In this document: piece by piece, positions 28,900 through 37,581 of the stretch
Numbering within the stretch: position 1 is the stretch's first letter
Layout of the letters: every line of letters begins with the position of its first letter
IMG/VR virus record: IMGVR_UViG_3300010370_000027
Strand: one strand, 5' to 3'
From: a virus
Length of the DNA stretch: 64,000 nt
The notes under the pieces: model-generated
Database searches by the model: none
What the model was told of the DNA's origin: nothing
What the model saw: the letters and a program-made list of their open reading frames with translations, nothing else
Translations under genes and position numbers: made by a program

Positions 28900-28928
28900 A
28901 TGATACCCCATGTGCAGAATAAGTTCAA
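28900..28928 (-). promoter_or_regulatory. Sigma70-like promoter TTGAAC-N17-TATCAT, 7 nt before ATG (leaderless candidate)
   Basis: Read directly upstream of the sbcCD start; no Shine-Dalgarno. Confidence 0.5.
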
Positions 28929-29914
28929 ATTCCAAGTGAAGAAGTACTAACAACCCTATTGAGCTTGATAAGAAAGTTATCGTTCCAGTCGAGATAGCGC
29001 GCCTCGGACAAGGCTATCTCGAACTCCGCACGAGACATGGAGCCAGGATCTCCCCAGGGGCGAACATCCACGATCTGGACATCCACATCGTACTCCTGGA
29101 GTTTCTTCGCTATCTTGGGAGTCTTCCTATCCCACATGTCTCCATCCAGTGCGAGGGCGACTGGTGTGTTGTTTAGGAGGATGCGATTGAAGAGTTCGTG
29201 GCGCTCATCCAGGTCAGAACCGAGGAGAGCTGTGGTGTTGTCCGGGCACTTGACGAGGTCGAAGGGACCCTCCACCAATGCCAATCTCTTCGTCCAGTCG
29301 ATGTTGATCTCGTTGAAGATAATGGGGTTCTTGTCCACCTCAGGGTTGTCGTACTTGGGTCGTCTGTCCTTGTCGATCGCCCTCGCGGTGAAATAGTTGA
29401 GTTCACCTTTGAAGTTAAAGGATGGCATGATCACACGCCTCTTCCATCGGGGTTCGTTAGAAATGCCGAGCTTGAAGTACCACGCGTCCTTCTCGGTGAG
29501 ACCTCGTCCGAAGAGGTATCGCCACATTGCCTTCACATCGGGATCGTTCTGATTGGAGAGTGGGAGGAGACAGAAGTCCTTTGGTAGCTCGAGACGCTGT
29601 TCCTCAACCTTCTCACCGGTGACCAGTTCGCCTGAACCACCATCGGCGATACCGAGGACCTCCTTGTACTTCGCTAGTTGTCCAGGCGTACCGTACTTGC
29701 GGATGAGAGGTACGAGATTCCTCGCCTTGAATCCACACACCCAGCAGTGACACCTGTCATCATCTGTCTTGATTGCCAGCTTCTTCTTCGTGACATCGGA
29801 GGGAGCACAGATGGGACACCGAACATCGAAGTTCTTTCCGTTTCCAGCGAGGTGACCCTTGCCGAAGACTGACTCGATGAACAGAAGTTTATCACTGATA
29901 CTGAATACGGCCAC
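28925..29914 (-). CDS. DNA primase (DnaG/gp61-like)
   Basis: CPIC...CHCWVC zinc domain, RVIMP, KYDNP, TOPRIM LVEGPFD and LDGD. Confidence 0.88.
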   Translation of the reverse strand: MAVFSISDKLLFIESVFGKGHLAGNGKNFDVRCPICAPSDVTKKKLAIKTDDDRCHCWVCGFKARNLVPLIRKYGTPGQLAKYKEVLGIADGGSGELVTGEKVEEQRLELPKDFCLLPLSNQNDPDVKAMWRYLFGRGLTEKDAWYFKLGISNEPRWKRRVIMPSFNFKGELNYFTARAIDKDRRPKYDNPEVDKNPIIFNEINIDWTKRLALVEGPFDLVKCPDNTTALLGSDLDERHELFNRILLNNTPVALALDGDMWDRKTPKIAKKLQEYDVDVQIVDVRPWGDPGSMSRAEFEIALSEARYLDWNDNFLIKLNRVVSTSSLGI

Positions 29915-29938
29915 AATACAACCGTATCACACCCAGGT

Positions 29939-30496
29939 TCACTTGTTCATTAGGCCAGCAGCACGAGCGATCACGTATGCATCAGTGGCATCTCTGCTCC
30001 ACCCCACGATAGCACCTGACTTGGGGGTGAGGGGCCACTCCACGTGGGACAGGTCGTGTTCGCACATGTACTTGAAGACCTGCTCCTTGTGTGGCATGCC
30101 TGCCACGGATGTTTTTTGAAGTTTAACACCGCATAGTTTCCTGGCCGATGCTGCGGGTATGTAGGTGGGTTCTACACCGAGGACCTCGCGCCCGATGTAG
30201 GACACAATGCCGTTGAATCTCATTAATGTTGTTATCGTAGCGGCTGAGCTCATTCCCTTCGAGAATCCGAGGAGTGGTTCCTCCAAGGCGAAAGTTGTGA
30301 TGGAAGGAAATCTGGTCTTGAGAAGAAGTAGTTCCTGTTTCACTCGATCGGCCTTGTCCCACAGCGTCACACACTTCTTGAACTCTATGCGGTCGAGATG
30401 TGAGATATTTCCACTGCCAGGATCAATAGTAGGATCTACTATGCACACACCCGTCACTGAGGTAGAAACGTCTAGCCCTAATATGAGATTCGCCAT
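29939..30496 (-). CDS. RuvC-like Holliday junction resolvase
   Basis: ILGLDVSTSVTG, ALEEP, DATDAYVIA acidic catalytic pattern of the RNase H fold. Confidence 0.75.
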   Translation of the reverse strand: MANLILGLDVSTSVTGVCIVDPTIDPGSGNISHLDRIEFKKCVTLWDKADRVKQELLLLKTRFPSITTFALEEPLLGFSKGMSSAATITTLMRFNGIVSYIGREVLGVEPTYIPAASARKLCGVKLQKTSVAGMPHKEQVFKYMCEHDLSHVEWPLTPKSGAIVGWSRDATDAYVIARAAGLMNK

Positions 30497-30536
30497 GGTC
30501 AGATTGTTACACCAGAATGAGTCCAGTAAAACTATC

Positions 30537-30941
30537 CTATAAAAGACCTAGTTCCTTCAATTGTATTTCTGTGACTATTCTATAGGTCATCCCGTGTTCA
30601 GCACACCACAGGAGAGCTGCAGCCATCTTCTTCTTAATAACAGCCTGTTCCAGCTTACGCTTCGGTTTCACTTCAATGAGTTCAGTTCGACCGTCCTTGT
30701 AACGAACGAGGAAGTCTGGGTAGTACTTACGCACCTTCTTTGTCCTCACGTTGGACACGTACTCGATCACCGTCTTCTCATAGGACCAGAACTCCACATC
30801 GGGATTCTCGTCCAGGTGTAACATGAGTTTGAATTCCCACCCAGATCGGAACTTACACTCACCAGCGATCGGAGAGGTATAGGTACCGCGGATATAGTGA
30901 CCCTTCCTCTTCTTCTTTCTCTTCTTCTTGAGTGTAGCCAT
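30537..30941 (-). CDS. Head completion nuclease, T4 gp4-like / TnsA N-terminal PD-(D/E)XK
   Basis: FRSGWE...WSYE...YYPDF...IEVKP. Confidence 0.8.
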   Translation of the reverse strand: MATLKKKRKKKRKGHYIRGTYTSPIAGECKFRSGWEFKLMLHLDENPDVEFWSYEKTVIEYVSNVRTKKVRKYYPDFLVRYKDGRTELIEVKPKRKLEQAVIKKKMAAALLWCAEHGMTYRIVTEIQLKELGLL

Positions 30942-30950
30942 GGCTAAGCC

Positions 30951-33461
30951 TCAGTAATCGAAAGCTACCTTGAAGAGAACCTTGTCGCCTTCTCGCTTTA
31001 TTATTGGTTGAGCGAGACGAGCTTTAGCAACAACATTCATGTTCTCATCATGGAAGTTGAGGCCGGAGATGTAAACAAAAGCTTCATCGTCTTTAGGGTT
31101 GCCTGAGGCCTTGAGATTTGAATAGTTCTCAATAAAGGATGGATTGGAAGAAGAATTCAACAACCCAGAACCGGCAACTATCTCATACTTCGAGGAGAAG
31201 ATGTTATAGACACCCCTGAATGAAACTTCATACTCATTCTTACCAAAGAAGTAGAGATGTGGACTCTTGATGACAACAACCCCCTCATCATAAAAAATAT
31301 TTCCAACAGAATTTTGCGTTGCGTGGGGAGTCAAAGAATCTGCTCTATAGAGATTTCCAAGAGAATCATCTTTCAAGGTTATCGAAACAGAGCCAAAAGA
31401 TCCTGAGACTGCAGGATCTCTAATTTCAAAAGACCCAGGCATAATCCTTCTTCCATAATAAAGGTTGCTTATGTTGAATATGGTGACCTGGTTAGAAGAG
31501 GGGTCTAGTGTACGCTGATAGATGGTGAGAGGAACGTTCTTTTGAACTCCCTTGTTGAACAGAGTGTCGTCGGTTATAGAAGACAGAGATGCAGTAACAG
31601 CCGCTATGTAATTTGTGTAAGCTAGACCGGGTTCTAGGCCGGGTTTTTCAGGACTTGCCCCGTAGAGTTGTTCAACGTAGTCCTCAGGAGCATCTGAGTT
31701 TATTCCACCGCCGTCAAGAGAAGCTGTTGAAACTAAACTGTCCAAGTTGATGTAGCTAAAATCAGAAAACCCGCTTGCTGAGAATTTGTCTGTATAGCTC
31801 TCTCTAGAGAGTATTTCATAGTTTGGATCAAAATTTCCATCGTCGCAGGGAAGAACAGTAAGATTTCTTTTTGCTACATTTCCATCTTCATACAAGAAAT
31901 AATTTGCCTCTTTTGCTTCTGACGTGTGGTCTATTGCAGAGGCTGTAAGATTTAGCAGTCTTGGAAATCTACCTGTTGAAAAGTCTTTAACGAAATTATC
32001 CAGATTAATGTAGTGTCCATTCACGCCGAATGCCATCGCCACATTGAAAGGATCATCTGTAGTGCCGTCAATTTCGAAGAACGGTGTCTGTAATATGCCA
32101 CCGTGGCCGTTCACATATCTCTTTATTGTAGTGTTTTCAACGAAAAACGGAGGAAGGTAAAAGGCTATATTTTTACTTGTGGCGTCGTATCCAATCCCTC
32201 TAGATCCCGTTAGCTGAATTTCTGCATCAGAAATATAGTATCTTCTGAAAACAAGATCATGTATTTCAGCTTTTAAAGGATGAGCAAATTTATAGGAAAC
32301 AGGTCCTCCATATTCTGGTTCTCCTGATTCGTTTGTTAGCTGGTCGACTCCGTCTCTTCTTGCATTTTCAGGATTGAAGAAGAGGCTCATTGCATCTACT
32401 CCTGAATTTGTTCCTTCGTAATAATTTCCAATACAAAGAACATCAGGGTTTAGAGAGTTAGAAAAAGAAGCAGGAAGAAGAGAAGCAGAGGGAATAACGA
32501 AGTTACCCCTATTGATTCCGTCTATAATGAACGAACCTGTTCCGTTATTTATAGAATTTGTTCCCCATCTAACAATGACATGGTGCCAATTGTTGTAGGA
32601 GAGAGAATTATCTGCGGATAGGAAGGTTAAGTTGTTAGGACAAGATCCAGGCAAAGCCTTAGAAGGAGAATAATCCGCGCTGTGACTCAACTGAAGCTGC
32701 AATCTAAATCCTTCCGGCAATCCATTAGGATCTTTCTTTGAGCCAGTTATCAGAGACAGACTGTAGCTAGAAGAGAGATGAAATATTGTTCCTGCTTTAA
32801 AGTGTCCTGCGTCGATGCCGTCTTCTTTGTACCTTGGATTTATGTAGAAATCAAAAGTAAATCCATCTTTAAAGACATAAGACCCAGATGTGAATCCTGT
32901 GGGAGAGACATTTTTGTCATCAGGCACGTTTGGATAGAGAAGAACAGAAGACGTTGGAACGAGTTGTGCAGTCCCGTCAAAAGCAGTAAAAAAATTCAAA
33001 GAATGATAGTTTGTATATGCCCAGTGACTTTGTGGATATTCAGCCCTGTAGTAAGGCATCAAAACATCTTTGATGTTATTTTTTATGAGTGTGTATTTCG
33101 TTAGTCTCGTGGTAGGAGTAAATCTCTCTATGTCAAGAACAGCAGCTTTTTTGCCGCTTGTCATCGACACAAGATCGAAGTAGCTATTTGCGACACCTTC
33201 TATGGACTGACCAAAAGATCTGTAAGTTCTCGCCTTATCAACAATCTTTTTTGAAGAGTTACTAAAATTAGTGTCCATAGCGACAGAAGCATCACTAAAA
33301 ACAAAAGAAGACTCAGAGTCCTTCTCAATAGAAGAGAGTCTCGGAAAAACTTTTACAGAGCCTGTAACACCTTGTGTAGAGCTAGAAACATAAACTCTGC
33401 TAGGAGTAGTAACTAACGTAAAGTTCTCGACATCATTCTTAGTGACACGGATAACCGACAT
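30951..33461 (-). CDS. Putative baseplate/structural protein with LamG-like domain
   Basis: FTFDFYINP, WHHVIVRW, FIIDG, LCIGN (LamG-like); C-terminal YISGLNFHD..VVAKARLAQPIIK..FKVAFDY shared with 33483..34781. Confidence 0.6.
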   Translation of the reverse strand: MSVIRVTKNDVENFTLVTTPSRVYVSSSTQGVTGSVKVFPRLSSIEKDSESSFVFSDASVAMDTNFSNSSKKIVDKARTYRSFGQSIEGVANSYFDLVSMTSGKKAAVLDIERFTPTTRLTKYTLIKNNIKDVLMPYYRAEYPQSHWAYTNYHSLNFFTAFDGTAQLVPTSSVLLYPNVPDDKNVSPTGFTSGSYVFKDGFTFDFYINPRYKEDGIDAGHFKAGTIFHLSSSYSLSLITGSKKDPNGLPEGFRLQLQLSHSADYSPSKALPGSCPNNLTFLSADNSLSYNNWHHVIVRWGTNSINNGTGSFIIDGINRGNFVIPSASLLPASFSNSLNPDVLCIGNYYEGTNSGVDAMSLFFNPENARRDGVDQLTNESGEPEYGGPVSYKFAHPLKAEIHDLVFRRYYISDAEIQLTGSRGIGYDATSKNIAFYLPPFFVENTTIKRYVNGHGGILQTPFFEIDGTTDDPFNVAMAFGVNGHYINLDNFVKDFSTGRFPRLLNLTASAIDHTSEAKEANYFLYEDGNVAKRNLTVLPCDDGNFDPNYEILSRESYTDKFSASGFSDFSYINLDSLVSTASLDGGGINSDAPEDYVEQLYGASPEKPGLEPGLAYTNYIAAVTASLSSITDDTLFNKGVQKNVPLTIYQRTLDPSSNQVTIFNISNLYYGRRIMPGSFEIRDPAVSGSFGSVSITLKDDSLGNLYRADSLTPHATQNSVGNIFYDEGVVVIKSPHLYFFGKNEYEVSFRGVYNIFSSKYEIVAGSGLLNSSSNPSFIENYSNLKASGNPKDDEAFVYISGLNFHDENMNVVAKARLAQPIIKREGDKVLFKVAFDY

Positions 33462-33482
33462 GATGGTCCACTAGAGTTACCA

Positions 33483-34781
33483 CTAGAAGTCTAGTCGAAC
33501 TCTAAAAGTAAGATCTCTTCCTGGATTTTTCTCGACGGGTCTGCTGAGCTTGGCGACAGCTAGAAGTCCGCCTGTATTGTCGTAAAGACCAATTGTCGTG
33601 ATATACGTAAAAGGCTCTTGTGTATCTTCAGGTACAGAGGGATCATAAATTGTTAGTCTTCCCTGATAATCACCTGTCGTCTCTACGTAAGTAGGATTTG
33701 ATGAATAGTTGAAGTCGTCGGGTAGAGCTCTGCAGAATATAAGAGAAGAGTTTATGTTAGTGACGTTCTGGAACGTCATGGCTGTCAGAGCTCCGCTTCC
33801 AAATCTTGAATAGCAGAAGTGGTCTACGATGTCATCTATGCTTCCCGATGTAACAAGATCAGGAATTACTTTTGCTTTCTTATCAGTCTCTGTTCCCCTG
33901 CCTCCGAGAGTAATTCTTCCAAGAGGATGCATTGCAGAAATGGTTCCAGAAACAAACTGAGAACCTGAAACTATCTTCGCAGCGTCAAGAACGACCATCC
34001 CTGAGTCATAATAAATAAGTCCAACTGCGTTAGAAGTGTTGGATGCGTTAACCAGGTATCCGTACTGACCGCCTACCTCAAAGTATCTTGAGTCTGAAGA
34101 GCCTATGTCAGTGAAGATTGCTGAGCCTGATGTTGAAGTAACATAAAGATTTGCAACTCCGTCGACGTCTGAACTTGGCGGAAGTGAAGGATCTGCACCA
34201 GTCCTGCTTACGTAAGAAGCAGACTGATAAAACCTCATTGCAAACGTCTCTCTTTTAATTTGGTCTCTTGCAAAGAGACGCTTAAATGCTATGAAAAGAG
34301 CAGCATCAATATCAGTTGTTGTGGTCGTGGTTGTCAAAGATGCGTCAATAGGCAACTTAAACATTGACTTTCTGTTACCAAGAAGAGACTGAGCAAACTG
34401 TCCATACACATCAGTCTTTTCTCTCATCATAAGCGAGCTGCTTGGATAGAGATATTTACCTGCCGTATCTTGCGCTGTAGATGTATAGCCAGCAATTCCG
34501 CTTGTATTGGAAGTTCCATCTCCTTTTACAGCGTCCACGGGAGCTAGTCCGAACGTGATGTCAAAAACAGGGTTTGCGGTCTGCAGTGTAAAGTCTTGAT
34601 CATATACAGTCTGGAAGAGCGAAGAAGTCACACCGGGACCAATACCGCCTGTTACGAATACCTGATATTTCCTTCTAGACACCGAAGAACTAATGTCTTC
34701 TTGAAGAACGTCGATCAACTGGTTGAGAAAAGATCGAGTTGTCTTTTTGTCGGAAGCTAAAATCTCTTTTGTTGTTGCCAT
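33483..34781 (-). CDS. Putative baseplate/tail structural protein
   Basis: FNYSSNPTY...YITTIGLYD..LLAVAKLSRPVEK..FRVRLDF C-terminus. Confidence 0.6.
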   Translation of the reverse strand: MATTKEILASDKKTTRSFLNQLIDVLQEDISSSVSRRKYQVFVTGGIGPGVTSSLFQTVYDQDFTLQTANPVFDITFGLAPVDAVKGDGTSNTSGIAGYTSTAQDTAGKYLYPSSSLMMREKTDVYGQFAQSLLGNRKSMFKLPIDASLTTTTTTTDIDAALFIAFKRLFARDQIKRETFAMRFYQSASYVSRTGADPSLPPSSDVDGVANLYVTSTSGSAIFTDIGSSDSRYFEVGGQYGYLVNASNTSNAVGLIYYDSGMVVLDAAKIVSGSQFVSGTISAMHPLGRITLGGRGTETDKKAKVIPDLVTSGSIDDIVDHFCYSRFGSGALTAMTFQNVTNINSSLIFCRALPDDFNYSSNPTYVETTGDYQGRLTIYDPSVPEDTQEPFTYITTIGLYDNTGGLLAVAKLSRPVEKNPGRDLTFRVRLDF

Positions 34782-34798
34782 TTTAGTTTAATTCCATC

Positions 34799-35551
34799 TC
34801 AGATTAATGACGCTCTATATGTGACAGGAATATCAAGCGTGCAGCCGTGTCTCTCTCCTACGACTGTAATATAGCTGTTGATTTGTCTAACAGAAGAGTT
34901 AGTTGAAATTCTTTTTCCGTAGACTGAAAGCGTTGTGTTATCAATGTTTCTGGCTCTGACGTTGAAAGAAATTGTAGTTTGTGTGCTAGAAGAAGCAGTG
35001 AAAGTGTAGGTTGCGATCTTATTAGGATCACCTGCATTTACAAGGTTTCTTGCAATGTCTGGTTGTGTTAGACTGCCTCCAACCGGAGAATCTATGGTGA
35101 AAAATCTGTCAGAAACTTTTATCTTGTAAATTGTCTGTATCAATTCCGCAGGAACTGATGCTCCTGTCGTGTTGTTAAAATACAGATCTACTTTAACAGA
35201 AACTGAAGAGTTTTGAGTTTTCTCTAAAGATACAGTTGAGGTAGTAGTCTTAAGGACTGGGAGGTATATGGTGGAGATAGATGTTCCATCGTTTTCTCTA
35301 CCTATGAGTCTATACTTGAGCGCGATTGAAGAATTGGTTAGCGCTTCAAAGATCGGTGTATTCTTCTCAATCTTTTCTTTCCCTACAGTTCTTCCATACT
35401 TCTTGACAATCCCGTAATCTACTTCATCATCTCCGAGAGAATAATGCGTAATGTTAAAAGCACTATTAGCTGTTGCAAGCCTTTGACGACCGTAATCTGT
35501 CAAGACTGCGTCCAGAATAATGTTGTTGGTGCTATGATCTAGATATCCCAT
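34799..35551 (-). CDS. Putative baseplate/tail structural protein
   Basis: MGYLD...DAVLTDYGRQRLA...ITHYSLGDDEVDY N-terminus, shared with 44213..45664. Confidence 0.6.
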   Translation of the reverse strand: MGYLDHSTNNIILDAVLTDYGRQRLATANSAFNITHYSLGDDEVDYGIVKKYGRTVGKEKIEKNTPIFEALTNSSIALKYRLIGRENDGTSISTIYLPVLKTTTSTVSLEKTQNSSVSVKVDLYFNNTTGASVPAELIQTIYKIKVSDRFFTIDSPVGGSLTQPDIARNLVNAGDPNKIATYTFTASSSTQTTISFNVRARNIDNTTLSVYGKRISTNSSVRQINSYITVVGERHGCTLDIPVTYRASLI

Positions 35552-35626
35552 GTTCCCTCAGGTTTGGTCTTCTACTGCTGTAATTATTCAAGGTCTTTTT
35601 TTTTAGCTTCAATTAGTTTTTAACAA

Positions 35627-37570
35627 TCAAGAAGATTCAGTTAGCTTCTCAGGATCTTTTATGGATATTTTTACTGACTGTACTTTCTGATTGTCGAGAT
35701 TGATGAATTGCAAAAGATAGTAGGAGTCTTTTTTGTCTGTTTGCGCTTCAACTACTTTATATGAAATATTTCTTTCATCCCTGACTTTAAGGTACTCGGG
35801 CGTAAAGTAAACGTCAAGCTTCTTAGAAGAGTCACCTGAGACGGAAATAACGTCTTTAAAAGCGTCCATCCTAAGATTCATGTTGGGGTATTGCCTAGGA
35901 GACCCAGTATCACAAATAACTTCTGAGACTATCTTGTTTTTATAAGGGTCGAAAGTAACCCTGTGCTGAGAAGAATAGTTGGATATCATTCCATGAGCAT
36001 CGATGCTGCATATTGCGTAGATGTAGTCCGAAGATATGAAAAATTCTGGGTCGACTGTAAAGTCTTCATCGACGTGCATGTAAACAGGATTTTCTGATAC
36101 TTTCACCAAGAATTTATTATCTTGTGACATTTGTCCCAAATTATTTGCATCTACGACTTCTCCTGTTTTATACCGAGTTGTTCCGCTACCAAAGTCTGTG
36201 TTGTCAAATCCGTACTGTGCAATTAGCTCAAAAGGTTCTCTTATCGTCTTTCTTCTAAAGACTTGAAATTGCTTTACATCTTTCTGAGGATTGACAGGCA
36301 TGTCCCAGTGAATTTTCAAATTTCTTTTCACGTAATCAAAAACAAATCTAATATTATTGGGCTCAGGAGGCGGAGAATATTCATAGCATTCTACAGGAAT
36401 TGAAACAGGTCTCGAGCTAACGTAGACAGTGGAAGAGTTAACAGAAGACCCGTCTGAATTGTAGGTAAGAAGCTTGACGCTTGAAACCACTCTAACGGTA
36501 TATACGTAAGTGACTCCGTAAAGAACAGAAACATCTTCAAGGTTTGTTTTTTGAATATCTTCTATGTAGAAGGTTTTTTCTTTTTCAAATCCTTCTCTGG
36601 TCACTTTGTATCTATCAACAATGTATCCAATCAATTTTACGGGTTGTGTGATCCTTGATGTCGACGTATCAGTGTAGTCATTTTGTACTGGGACCAGGCT
36701 CAGTCCTTCTCTATTTTTAAATCCTTTCAGCGCTTCAGAGTGAGAAACTCTTAGAGCTTCTAGATTCGTGGAGTTCTTCTTTACTTTAGAATTTTTAAAG
36801 ACGTCAGGTATTATTGTGTTGCTTATCTTCATCGACAAAGATACTGAGTCTGTTATTGATCTCAGAAGATCGTCTTCATCTACTTCAACTTTTCTTTCAT
36901 CATAGACTCTTAGACCAAGAGAAGTCTTTGGGAAATCAGCCAGCTTAGCATAAGTTTCGGTTAGGTCTGCGGCAATTCTATTGACATTCAAGTTGTTAGT
37001 AGTCAAAGACGGAGATATTTCTTGTATCTGTACTTTTGACATCTTAAAGAGACTTTCATCATCTCTTCTAGAGAGTCTACTGTAGTTCTCAATATCAGAG
37101 GCTCCCTGTTCTATTATCTCAACATTAGAGAACGTGTGATTGATGTAACCGGGATTGAAAAAGTTGTCTTCAGATATTATCTTTTCGGCATTTTTCTCTA
37201 TTGATAATCCTTTATTGCTTTGCTTTTCTAGGTCAAGTTTATCAATTTCAAGGTTAGAATTTTGAGGAGATGTCCATCTTATTGATACGTACCTCGGTAC
37301 TTTAGTGAGGTTATTTACAGAATTTTCAGCTGACGGACTAATTCTTTCGTCTTTGGTGTAGAAGTTGTATACAAATTCTCCTCTATAATCGGTCACTTCA
37401 GGAACATTAACGTGATCAATTGAGGTAGAAGGATCTGAAACTTTATTCTTAGAATACTGGTATGACTTCCCGATGTCTGAGGCAGGTATTCCTGACTCTT
37501 CGTAAAGGTCTACTATGTTTTGACCTGGGCTTTCAATTCTTCTAACGTCTGAAATTATTGATCGGACCAT
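35627..37570 (-). CDS. Large hypothetical protein with FN3-like C-terminal domains
   Basis: GYIVDRY...YVYTVRVV; PPPEP...IHWDMP...FQVFR...YIYAICSIDAHG...SNYS. Confidence 0.55.
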   Translation of the reverse strand: MVRSIISDVRRIESPGQNIVDLYEESGIPASDIGKSYQYSKNKVSDPSTSIDHVNVPEVTDYRGEFVYNFYTKDERISPSAENSVNNLTKVPRYVSIRWTSPQNSNLEIDKLDLEKQSNKGLSIEKNAEKIISEDNFFNPGYINHTFSNVEIIEQGASDIENYSRLSRRDDESLFKMSKVQIQEISPSLTTNNLNVNRIAADLTETYAKLADFPKTSLGLRVYDERKVEVDEDDLLRSITDSVSLSMKISNTIIPDVFKNSKVKKNSTNLEALRVSHSEALKGFKNREGLSLVPVQNDYTDTSTSRITQPVKLIGYIVDRYKVTREGFEKEKTFYIEDIQKTNLEDVSVLYGVTYVYTVRVVSSVKLLTYNSDGSSVNSSTVYVSSRPVSIPVECYEYSPPPEPNNIRFVFDYVKRNLKIHWDMPVNPQKDVKQFQVFRRKTIREPFELIAQYGFDNTDFGSGTTRYKTGEVVDANNLGQMSQDNKFLVKVSENPVYMHVDEDFTVDPEFFISSDYIYAICSIDAHGMISNYSSQHRVTFDPYKNKIVSEVICDTGSPRQYPNMNLRMDAFKDVISVSGDSSKKLDVYFTPEYLKVRDERNISYKVVEAQTDKKDSYYLLQFINLDNQKVQSVKISIKDPEKLTESS

Positions 37571-37581
37571 TTTTAAGCCTC

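Noticed and set aside
21003-29914. Inteins or introns in portal, terminase or primase
   Set aside because: Lengths and motif spacing are normal; no intein-type termini or LAGLIDADG inserts were recognised.
30537-30941. TnsA-like gene as a Tn7 transposon
   Set aside because: No TnsB/TnsC or terminal repeats; size and context fit T4 gp4 head-completion nuclease.
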